Source: Piromyces finnis finn (taxonomy: Eukaryota > Fungi > Neocallimastigomycota). From it: a DNA stretch of 64,000 nt. The notes under the pieces are model-generated. The model searched no databases. It saw only the letters and a list, made by a program, of their open reading frames with translations, and was not told where the DNA came from. Location: assembly GCA_002104945.1 (NCBI GenBank), contig MCFH01000022.1:124001-188000 (forward strand). The letters are read 5' to 3'. The position numbers and the translations under genes are program-made. Shown piece after piece: positions 34,683 through 46,883 of this stretch (positions are counted from its first letter, which is position 1; every line of letters begins with the position of its first letter).

Positions 34683-35481
34683 TGTCACGAATACTAGTGG
34701 AATCTGCAATTTCAAGATCACTTGAAATTGTGAAATTACTTATAAAATTTCAAAATCAATAATATTTTATTTTCAAATAAATTATAAAATTATATATTAA
34801 GAAATATTTAAAAAATTTATAAAAGGTTAAGATATGAACTTAACCCTTAATATTTTTATAACAAATAACTTTAACCCTTATCATCAAAATTAAATAAGGG
34901 AAAACACTCGTATCTCCTTAACGAATGACGATTTTTGAATAATGGTTGGGAGATTGTGGGTTCGTTAGAAAGCCACGCTTGAGATAAACAACATATCTTA
35001 AAATCAGGTCGATATCTCTGCTGGTTCACGAGATATTCCAATTTAATTTAAAGATATTTTGTTAGTAATGATTAATTGTTTATTCAGAGAATGATCACCC
35101 CTGATGTATTGAACATAAATCATTCACCCAGAAGGATATAAATTATTGTTTTAATTAAATTAAAATTATTTTCCGGAATTAATTAACTTTATTTTATAAT
35201 AATTATTTCAATAACATAACTTATAATTTTTGAATTAAAAGATAATAATTACTAATATTATATTCAATGAATTATATTATAATTAAGAAATAATTAATAT
35301 TATGAATATATAAACAATAGTTATTTTTAATAATTAGTAATAAGTCTTAAGTTTAACCTTAATATTATAAAAAATAATCATGTATTAAAAAGTTATTTTA
35401 TTATTAAATGTAAAATTACAAATAGTATAAATAGTCTAGAATAGTCTTATGAATTAAATCTTTGTAAAGATTATTACCTTA
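34683..35481 (+). repeat. B-family solo LTR, U3-side part (remainder at 44226-44454 in the opposite orientation)
   Basis: Starts TGTCACGAATACTAG; flank AACCA matches TGGTT at 44221-44225. Confidence 0.85.
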
Positions 35482-36002
35482 TGATATGAAATATTATATA
35501 AAACTCTAATTATTAATAAAATTATTTTATTAATAATTACATAAAATAAATTAAAATAGTCATGTAACAACGTGACTAAAAGCAATTGAGGCGTAAATAA
35601 ACTCACAAGATAAAATAAATTTAAGTGATAACATAAATTTATTTTATTAATTTAAGTAATATAAACATAAAATTATAACATAATTTTATGTTATGTAAAT
35701 AATTTCTTTTATTTATTATTTTATTTATAATATTTTACATTTTATATTTATATTTTATTGTATTTTTATTATACTTTAATAAATATTTTTATACTTTTTA
35801 TACTAGTTATTATATATTTATTAATTAAACAAACAAAACATAGTTTATAATTATTAAAAGATATATAAATGTATTATTATTTCTTATAATTAATTCTTTG
35901 CTTCTTGTATTTTTCTAGCCAAATTTATATTCAATAAAATTAATTTGAAATAATATTACATAAAGTTTCCCCCTAAAAAGGAAATAGAACCGAGTTATAT
36001 CA
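35482..36002. repeat. Solo LTR-like element T nested in the B-family LTR
   Basis: TGATA...TATCA; 4-bp TSD TAAG (CTTA at 35478-35481, TAAG at 44451-44454). Confidence 0.65.
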
Positions 36003-36003
36003 C

Positions 36004-36730
36004 TGTAAAAGTTTTATAAATGTAAAACAGATTATAAAATTTTTTACAATAAAACAACAACACAAAATAAAGAAAAAACAAGAAAATAAATTATATTTAA
36101 AAAAATATCTCTTTTATTAATTTTATTTAGTTATTAACTAAATAATAGTCAATAACAATTACATCGTTTTAATCAAGAAATTTTACATGTATTTATATTT
36201 TTTGTAAATTATATTTTAATATACTATTCTATTTAATTATACATATATTCAATATAAAATAAACAAAACTAATTTAATACTAATTTAATTAAATAATAAA
36301 ATAATAAAACTAAACTAAAACTAATTAAATACACTTTTGATTCAATTTGAGTAAACTGCAAATTGAATACAGTCCATGTATTACCTATATATTAATTAAA
36401 TATTAATAATACTATTTATTATATATTTATAATTAAAAATACTAATTTAAAACTACGCTAAAGTTATTAAACTAATTTTAATTAAATAAAAACTTTTTAA
36501 GATTTAATTTGAATATTTAAAATATTTAAATTTAATTATCCATTAATTTAAATATTTATCCAAATTTCATTTCTAACTTTGATATTTTAAAATTAATATT
36601 TATTTAATTATTCCATAAAATTTATACAATAAATTTTATAAACAATTTTTTCATTAAAATATCAAAATTATTATTCAATAATTATTAATTAATTATTAAA
36701 TAATTTAAAGATATACTTTATATCTTTACA
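36004..36730. repeat. Solo LTR, family R (related to the A LTR)
   Basis: TGTAA...TTACA; inverted copy at 44459-45185. Confidence 0.85.
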
Positions 36731-37146
36731 TTAAATTTATTAACTATTTACAATAATTATATTAATTATTAATTTATAAAAATTAAATATTTTATAATTA
36801 GATAATAATTAATTAAAATTAAAAAATTTAATAATTAAAATTGTTCATGTATAAAAAGAACAAAAATTGACAAAAATTACGAATCTTTAGCGTTAGTAAT
36901 TTTTTAACTTAAAGTTAATAAAATTTATAAACTCCTATAAAACCTAAAACTTTAAAAATTTTAATATTTTTAATAACTTAATATATGCTGATATTAAGTT
37001 ATTGTTAAAATAAAAATATTATTTAATTTTCTTTATATAAATATTATTAGCTTTACGCCTTCAATAGGAGAGCGTATTATATTTGTTAATTAATATAACT
37101 AGTGTACTTACCACACTTTTCTTTAATAAAAAATCGCTTTTTGACA
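36731..37146. repeat. Part of an SO-family LTR (other part at 45186-45290)
   Basis: Both parts are contiguous in the copy at 61121-62874. Confidence 0.75.
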
Positions 37147-37154
37147 AACATTAT

Positions 37155-38071
37155 TGTGTAGTAATTTTATTATAATATTTATATTAAATAGTATAATATA
37201 ATTACTTGTCGATAACTCAATATTAAAATTTAATATTAAATTATATGTATATGGAAAGAAATAATAAAAAATTAAATATGAAATTAAAAAACTAGAACTT
37301 AACGAGTTTATTATAAGGATTTATAATAAACAACAAAAAACACAAATGGGAAGAGGGATGAGAATAAAATGTATAATATAAGAATTATGTTTTATTAATA
37401 ATGATTTTTTATTAATTAATTTTTATTAAATAAAATTATTTGTTATTTATTATAATTAATTTTTCTTATAATAATAACTCTTGAATTCTAAAGAATTTCA
37501 AGAGTGTTTATTTATATTTTTATTAAAAAATAAGGTTAAATAAATGAGTTCTAATCTTAACAAATAAAATGTTTAGGAAAAGACTAGAAGAAAAACCTAA
37601 ACAAGTTTTCAACCAATATTCTAATCATATTGGTCATCGTGTAAATTTTAAGTAAAACCAATTATTTGTAATAATAATCGGAAAAACCTTAAAATACCGA
37701 TTTCCTAAAGTAAATCCGTGTTTAGATATAACAGGTAAATTAATTAGTAATATATAATTAAAGGGTAAAATTACGGATTCTTGTATATAAATATTATTTA
37801 AAAATCAAATGAACAAATTATTATTTAATTAAATAAATTAAATAAATTATATAAATATATGAAATATATTTAACTAAATAAATTAAATAAAGTATCTGAA
37901 TGTATACATTATATTTAACTAAATAAATTAAATAAATAATTTAAGTGTATAAAATATTATTAACTAAATAAATTAAATAAATAATTTAAGTGTATAAAAT
38001 ATTATTAACTAAATTATTAAACTAATAAGAAATATTAATTATTTAGATTGAAATAATTATTATTTCTTACA
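37155..38071 (-). repeat. Solo LTR, family J (J3); module at 37549-37701
   Basis: TGTGTAGT...CTTACA; conserved module. Confidence 0.7.
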
Positions 38072-39293
38072 TATTGATACGCTACTCATATAAAAACATA
38101 ATAAAAACTAGCTGAATAAACACGATGTCAAGAGTTAGAGTGGATTTAGAACTATAATTAAGTCTACTAGGTTAGGATAGGCTTAATTATATAGTAAATA
38201 ATAAATTTTTATAAATAAAAGAGTAATAAATATAGTTTTTTAAGAAATATTTTATTTGATTTTTATAATATAAATAAATGATAATTATTAATTTTAAATA
38301 TTGAATTTACTATATAAAAATGAGTATAATAATCTCACAAAGAACTTCTTAAAGTTGTTCTTTATTCAACTTATTTATACTTTCATTTTTAATATAATGT
38401 TGATATTAATAAAGTATAATAATAATATAATTTAAGTTATACATGAATAATAATATAAATATAAATATAAATATTAATAAAATATAATAATAATATAATA
38501 TAATTTTCTTTAGATATCGATATTAATAAGTTGTTAAAAATAATATTAATAATTATTTAAATGAATCATATTTTACTAATTGGTTTGTTTAATATTAATT
38601 AATTGTTACACTATTTATCTCCGGATAATAAATAGCTTTCCAATTAATATTTATATTAAATAAACTATTATTAGTAAAATATTATTAAATTAATATTTTA
38701 ATTAATTTAACTAATAATTCAAAATTATGAAATTTCATGAAATGTCAAATTTCATGAATTGTGATTTTGACAGTGATAATATCTGTATCTAAAATTTTAT
38801 AAATAAAAATAAAGAAAATAAATATAAATGATTTTTATACTTGTTCATTTTCAAGTATTAGTTAGTTTTATAAAATAAGTTTATTTAATTATAAATTTTG
38901 ATATTTAATAACTCTCGTATTATTAAATATATATATATATATTTTATTATTAATACATCTCGTATGTATATGAACATAATTATAAATATTATTTTAATAA
39001 ATTTAATATTATTATCTAATTTTAACGGATTATTAGGAACAATTTTAAAATGAACAATTTCTATCACTATTTATATAAAATTATTATTTTAAAGTATAAT
39101 TATAAACAAATAAAGACTGTTTAATTTAAAAAGAATTAAACAATTAAATAAACAAAAAGTTTACATTTATAATTTTTAATTTAATAATTTTATACATGTT
39201 AAATCTTTTAATTTTTTCTGTATTTTAATTATTGTTATTATTATTACTATTATTATTAATTTATAATTTATAAATTTAATTATTTATTAATTA

Positions 39294-40107
39294 TGACAAA
39301 TAATGAGATTAATAAATATAAAATTATTATTAAACCTGATTTTTAAGTTAACCCTAAAAGTAACTTAAAATAAGTTATAGTTTAATTAATTACTGTACCA
39401 AAATTCTAAAATAAAATTAATCCTAAACACTGCATATAGTTTGATTATTGAAAGAAAATAATAAACTTTAATTAATCGAGATCAAAATATATAACTTTTG
39501 TTAAATTAATTGTTAAATTAAATGTTTAATAACCTCGTTAGTAAATTACACTTTAAAATTAAACAAATATAATAATCCATGTTATAAAATAGTATAATTA
39601 AACACTTTCATTAAAACATTAAAAATAATTATTACTTTAATTAATTGTAAAATAAACAACTTTTTATATTCTTTAACTTTTAATTATTTCTTTTATTGTT
39701 ATTTTTAATTACTTTTATTACTTTTATTGTAAATAGTTATTAATTTTATTATTTTAATGTAAATAGTTTAAATTTAAAAGAAATATAAATACATGTAAAT
39801 ATTCTTATTTTAATCATGGTTATTATTATTATTAATAAAGAAATATTATATAGTTTAGTTAATATTTTTATAATTTTAATAATCACTTTTATAATTAAAT
39901 AAATAAAATTTTAAATGATTAAATATTAGAAAAACGAGTGTTTCTAATAAAAAAATTTAGTGCTTTAATAAAACAATTTTATTAATTTTTATAAAAACAA
40001 TTTTAAATTCTAATCCATATAACTTATATAGTTATACTCAAAGATATAATATAATAATCACTTTTTGAAGTAAAATTCAAAATTAAGATTATTATCAAAT
40101 TATATCA
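39294..40107 (+). repeat. Solo LTR, family H
   Basis: Reverse complement of 7083-7900. Confidence 0.8.
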
Positions 40108-40363
40108 AGATGTAAGAAATAATAATTATTTCAATCTAAATAATTAATATTTCTTATTAGTTTAATAATTTAGTTAATAATATTTTATACACTTAAATTA
40201 TTTATTTAATTTATTTAATTAAATATAAATTATACATTCATATACTTTATTTAATTTATTTAGTTAAATATATTTCATATATTTATATAATTTATTTAAT
40301 TTATTTAATTAAATAATAATTTGTTCATTTGATTTTTAAATAATATTTATATAGAAGAATCCG

Positions 40364-40605
40364 GAATACAAGTGTAACCAGATGAAGAAGGAAGATCAGT
40401 AACAAAATCCATTGAAATAGAAGACCAAGGACGATCGGCTATTTCAAGGGGGTTAAGGAAACCGTAAGGTTTATGGTAGGAATTTTTTGAACGGCAACAG
40501 GTTTCACAAGAGCGAACGTAGTTTTTAACATCGGTTGTAATTGATGGCCACCAAAATTCTCTAGAAATGAGAGAAATAGTTCTTTTAATGTCAAAGTGAC
40601 CAGCG
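40364..40605 (-). pseudogene. Chromovirus integrase fragment (zinc finger and start of core)
   Basis: AGHFDIKRTISLISREFWWP...CETC...PWSSISMDFVTDLP; resembles the D integrase; truncated at both ends. Confidence 0.85.
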
Positions 40606-41086
40606 TGTAAAGATATCAAACGCCTCAGCTTGATATCTTTAATGTAACTTAAGCCACAAGTATTATTGTTTAAGTTACACAAATTATTCAGAAAAAGAAA
40701 ATGAGACATAATTTATTTATTAATAATTAAAGTTTAAAACAAAATAAATTATTAATTTATTTTTAATATTTAACAAGTAAATTAAAATTCGCAATTTAAA
40801 TCCCTAGTTTTAGTATTGTTTTTTTCATAGAAATAGATAAATAATATATAAATAATAAATGATTAATATATCAATAATACATGGGCACATATTCAAATTG
40901 AATAGTACTTAATTTGAATTGCCAATTGTATTTTACTAAAAATAGTTATAGTTTAAATATTTATTAATAGTTAAGATTTTAGTGTAGATTTTAAATAATA
41001 TATATGAAATAAATAGTTATAATATAATATAAATGTATTTAGGAAAAATATAAATAGAAGATATTTTTCATTATTTTATCGATGTA
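40606..41086 (+). repeat. Truncated A-family LTR
   Basis: Reverse complement of part of 5620-6201. Confidence 0.85.
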
Positions 41087-41100
41087 TGTAACGGTATTCA

Positions 41101-41547
41101 TGATACAATAGAAAAATATTATATTAATTCTATAAATGAATATAGAAAGTGATAATATTTGTATCTAAAATTTAATAAATAAAAATAAATAAGAAAATAA
41201 TAATAGAATAAATGATTTTTATACTTGTTCATTTGCAAGTATTAGTTAATGTTTAAAAATATAAAGTTTATTTAATTATAAAATTATATCATTATTTAAT
41301 AACTCTAGTATTATTAAATAAAAAAAAATGTATGTTTTATATTCTAATTTTCAGGGATTATTAGTAACCCTTTTAAAAATAAGTTTTATTATAAAATCAT
41401 TTTTGAATTTAATATTTAAAAATATATATCTAATTTTTCGCTCTGGATTATTAGGAACATCTTTTAAAATAAAGTAATTCTATCACTATTTATACAAAAT
41501 TATTATTTTAAAGTATAATTATAAACAAATATAAACTATTTAATTTA

Positions 41548-41578
<31 letters not shown>

Positions 41579-41652
41579 TTTACATTTATAATTTTTAATT
41601 TAATAATTTTATACATGTTAATTATTTTAATTTTTAACTATCTGTGTTTTAA

Positions 41653-41701
<49 letters not shown>

Positions 41702-42561
41702 AATTCATAATTTATAAATTTAATTATTGTAAAATATTTAATTTAAATCTAACCTTTAAATTAAATTATTGGATTTAGGTTTGTGCTACTCTAATGTTTA
41801 AACAAAACAAGCAAACAAGATAACAACAGAAACACTTCTAATTTAATTCTTAATAATCTTTTATTTAACTTTATTCCTTTAATTTATGACAACTGACGAT
41901 TACTTTACCACGAAGGTTATTTGACCAGAGCCTTAGCTAGGTAATCGGTTTTTTAAATAAAATAAAAAAATGTTTTATTATAACTTTATTAATAATCTAA
42001 TATTATTAATACTAATTAATTAATTACTAATAATTACTATTTTCCAACTATCGTTTCAATAGTTGAAAAATTCTCTTTATTTATATTTTTTAAATAAATT
42101 GAATTAATTCTAATATACATGCTTTAATATTATAATTTTACATTGTTTACATTTATACATTTATTAAAAGAAATTATTTGTATTAAACTATTTAAATTCA
42201 ATTTATTTAATAAAGAATTTTCTAAACTTAAAATAAAGTTTTGATTTATTTACTATATGGTTGATTATATTTCAAACATATATTTAATTTATTTATTTCT
42301 AATTTTGAGGCTTAGTTTATAAAAAAATTTTTTTATTATCTAAAATATTTATTGGTTAAAAATTATTTAATTTAAAATTCTATTTTATCATCAAAAACTT
42401 TATCTTATCATAAAATTAAATTTTACATAAATTTATGTTAATGTATTGTGATGTAAATTTTTGTAAAATTTACGGTACGTTAATTCAATACATGATACAT
42501 TAATATACATACGTATTAAATACATTATTTAACTAATGCAATATTTTACAATTATTTATCA
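41101..42561. repeat. P-family LTR (TSD TTCA) with a nested G-family LTR at 41728-42550 (TSD ATTAT)
   Basis: TGATA...TATCA with a 4-bp TSD; the inner element has TGTAA...TTACA and a 5-bp TSD. Confidence 0.8.
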
Positions 42562-44225
42562 TTCATTATCGTTGTAAAAGGTGTTTTTTATATTATTAGT
42601 TAATAGGTTATTAATTAGTTAATTAAGTTAGTTATTACCTCTCTATACGAGTTAATAACTAAATAAAGTTTTATAAAAAATAATAAAAGAAAGAAAATAA
42701 ATATTATAACACAAAAATAAATATAAGTATATATAAATGTTATTATGAAATAAATTTACTTAAATAATTATTTTTAATTATATCTTTTATTTATTTAGTA
42801 TAATTATAATACATTAATTATTATTTTAGCTATTAATTTACTTTAATACTAACGCTAAAGTATTTAACGTTAGTTTTAACTATACTATTTAACTATATTA
42901 GTTTATTTTCTTTACCACTTGATTGGGTAAAGCGAATAAACTTTATATTTAATTAATAACCATTAATATATGGTTATACATATATCTGGCCAATAAATGG
43001 TGACCAGAATATATGGTTTGTAAAGTGGGCTAGGATTGGTATGTAACTTGGTCAGAATGTTGTATATAATATAACTTAATTTACCAATAAAATATTAAAC
43101 TTATTTATTATTAAATCTTTTCTCAGAACTTATTAAAGAATTTAAATAATACTAATTTAAAATTAAATAGGTTTTTATATTTAAAATAAAAATTTTAATA
43201 TAATTTAATTATGAAATTTGTTTATTAATTATTTATTTATTAAGATAATATTTATTAAGTTATATTATAATTAATAATTAATAATTAATAATCTTACAAA
43301 GAATTTCAAAATTGATTTCAATTCTTTGTTTAAATACTTTTTCCTTACATATAATAAAATTACATTGATGTTAATAAAGATAAAAATAAAATAATTTTAA
43401 ATTAAAATATTAATAATTGATATTGATATTAATAATATGAATTCATATGATAGATCTTAAGATTAATCTTTTAAATTACTTTTAAAATAAAAGTATTGTT
43501 TTAACCATTTTAAATTGTAAATATTTAATATTATAAATTGAGAATAACAATTACTGATACTAATTATATATTCTCATGATCAATTAATTAATAATTATAA
43601 CTAATGATTTTTGATCCAAAGGCTTTTTTGGTTTGATTATGATTGAGGTTATTAATCAAAATTATTTGAAAAATTATTAATTAATTTTTATAATTGATTA
43701 GGTTTGTAATCAAGAATATTTATTAGCTAACCTTATTTAATAATAATGGAGAATTTTTAAATTGAATTATTTATAGAAAGTTGGATGACTTGAATAATGA
43801 CTTTAATTATATAAATTAATATTAATCATTTTAATATATATTATTATATATTTATTGGAACTAATTAATTCTTTAAATAGCTATATCTCAAGAACTAGTG
43901 GTCTAAATTAGCTGAAAATTTGTGAGAATATAGATCTCAACTAGTACTTTCTAATAAAATTAATTTGAAGTCTCTAGAAAAGGAAAATAGGACACGAGAT
44001 TCAGAAGTTATCACTAGTTTCGTATAGCACTTTTCTTCTCAAGGGTTAATTTATTGAAAATTAAATTTTTGTGATCCTTAACCCTTTTCAATATTAAATT
44101 TTTCCAAGTGATCTTTTTAATTATTTTTAAGTGTTTTATAATTTTTGAAATATAAATTTGATTTTTAAATTGTTTATTTGAATATTTAATTTATTTTTTA
44201 ATCGTCTTCTATTCTTGACATGGTT

Positions 44226-44454
44226 TGTAAAAGTTTTACTAAACTTATAATTTAATATTAAAATATTAAATTAAATAAAAGATTAAAGATAACTAGGTTA
44301 GAAAAAATGTTTTATTAAAATAATCTTCTTAATTGTTTTATAAATGAATAATTAAATTATGTATTATAGTTAAAATAATTTCTTTTTATTTTATTTGAAG
44401 AGTATATATAATAATAAGATTATTTAATAGTAATACTTGTTAAGTATTAATAAG
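44226..44454 (-). repeat. B-family solo LTR, U5-side part
   Basis: Matches 12590 to ~12820. Confidence 0.85.
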
Positions 44455-44458
44455 CGAT

Positions 44459-45185
44459 TGTAAAGATATAAAGTATATCTTTAAATTATTTAATAATTAA
44501 TTAATAATTATTGAATAATAATTTTGATATTTTAATGAAAAAATTGTTTATAAAATTTATTGTATAAATTTTATGGAATAATTAAATAAATATTAATTTT
44601 AAAATATCAAAGTTAGAAATGAAATTTGGATAAATATTTAAATTAATGGATAATTAAATTTAAATATTTTAAATATTCAAATTAAATCTTAAAAAGTTTT
44701 TATTTAATTAAAATTAGTTTAATAACTTTAGCGTAGTTTTAAATTAGTATTTTTAATTATAAATATATAATAAATAGTATTATTAATATTTAATTAATAT
44801 ATAGGTAATACATGGACTGTATTCAATTTGCAGTTTACTCAAATTGAATCAAAAGTGTATTTAATTAGTTTTAGTTTAGTTTTATTATTTTATTATTTAA
44901 TTAAATTAGTATTAAATTAGTTTTGTTTATTTTATATTGAATATATGTATAATTAAATAGAATAGTATATTAAAATATAATTTACAAAAAATATAAATAC
45001 ATGTAAAATTTCTTGATTAAAACGATGTAATTGTTATTGACTATTATTTAGTTAATAACTAAATAAAATTAATAAAAGAGATATTTTTTTAAATATAATT
45101 TATTTTCTTGTTTTTTCTTTATTTTGTGTTGTTGTTTTATTGTAAAAAATTTTATAATCTGTTTTACATTTATAAAACTTTTACA
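44459..45185. repeat. Solo LTR, family R (inverted relative to 36004-36730)
   Basis: Reverse-complement match over the full length. Confidence 0.85.
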
Positions 45186-46811
45186 TTTAAAATAAAATTT
45201 TTAATAATAAAATTTTAATAATTTTAAAAAAATTTTTAATTTTTTCCATGTGTCGAAATTTTTTAAATTTTTATATATGTTATTGTGACAATGTGCTACG
45301 GTTCAAATAAGATATCACAAAACACTTGAATAGTTATAAAAATAAAAATTTATTTAATTTTAATTTTTATTCATTTAATTTATTTTTGATTTTTCAATTT
45401 TTAAAATTTTTCTCAAAAATCTCGTACTTTTTCCAACTATCCATTATTTGAAATTTAATGATTTTGGATAGCTAAGGAATTAAATTGATTTCATTCATAA
45501 TATATGGATCATTCACTGTAACATTAATTAAATCCTTAATATATATTATGAATAATCTCTTAATATTTGAATAGAAAAATTTTTAATTTATAATTAATAA
45601 ATTTTTAATTTATGATATGTGTAACATTTTTGCATATCATATATTATATATTCAATTATAACATATAATAAAATTATATTATTCAATTAATTATGCCCTT
45701 TTTTAGACATAAATAATAATTTTTCTGTCGAGGTATCTTCTGTTTTGTGTGTAACAATTGCCTCTTTTAGTAAAAATTATAATTAATTTTTATGTCATAA
45801 TTTTAAATTATAAAATATTATACAATAAAGTTAATTAATAAAATGAATCTTAATTAATAATAAAATATACAATCATTTTAATAACATGAATTAAGTAAAT
45901 TTTATAAGAATAAAACATTATAATAAGACTAATATTAAAAGTAATGAAATAACTATATACAAATAATATAACTATATAATAAAATATAATTAATTAATAA
46001 GAAAATGTATAAAAATTATTATATAATTTTATAATTCAAAAATAGAGTTAAACAGTAGTAAGGAATGTAAATAGTTCATAATTGAGTTATAGCAATTTTA
46101 ACTATTTATGTTCATTCCTTAACAAATTGTAAGAAATTAGATTTATTTTATAATAAATAATCTATATTTCTTATTAAAATTAATTTATTATATTTTTTAT
46201 TTAACCTTTAATATTTTATTAAATTTTATTAAATTTTATTATAATACATAATGTATTTTAAATGTAATGTAAATTATTGTATTTAGAAAAAATCGATTAT
46301 TAGAATTTTCCCGAATCCATTCGGTTTTATCTAATAATACGATGATTGATAAGAATAGATTATCAATCGAAACTTTTCTAGTTTTTTCTTCTAATCTTTT
46401 TCTAGAAAAGAAATTTATTAAGATTAGAACTTTCTTTTATTCTTGTAATGAGGTATATCTAATGATAAGGGTTAGACTAGAAAATTATTAAGGTTAGATT
46501 AATGAAAATTTCATAATTATATTTTTATAACCAATCATTAAGTAATTAATTCACTTATCAAATTGTATTAAAAAAAAATAATTTTCATGTATAAAAGAGA
46601 GATTAAGAAAGATAAAATAGTTCTTTAGTGTTTTTATTAATAATTAATAAAAATTAGTTTTTTTGTTTCGTCTTTAGTTTGATAATACACTGACCTAGCG
46701 AGTTAGTCGTATTATAATAATAAATTTAATAAATAAACATTATTAAAAAAAATATATATATATTTGATTACATTAGAGTGTGTGTGTTTATTATTATAAT
46801 ATTTCGTTACA

Positions 46812-46822
46812 ATAAAAACACT
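46812..46822 (+). promoter_or_regulatory. Self-priming PBS of D (ATAAAAACACT)
   Basis: Abuts the 5' LTR; exact complement AGTGTTTTTAT at 46627-46637. Confidence 0.8.
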
Positions 46823-46883
46823 CTAAGAAAAAGATCGCTACCTCAGTGCCTCGTTTATTTGCTTACTTCTAATTTTTTTTTTT

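Noticed and set aside
33795-38075. J2 and J3 as paired LTRs of one element with TSD TATT
   Set aside because: The copies are diverged, and J3 lies inside the inferred inversion, so it was originally in the opposite orientation; the TATT match is probably chance.
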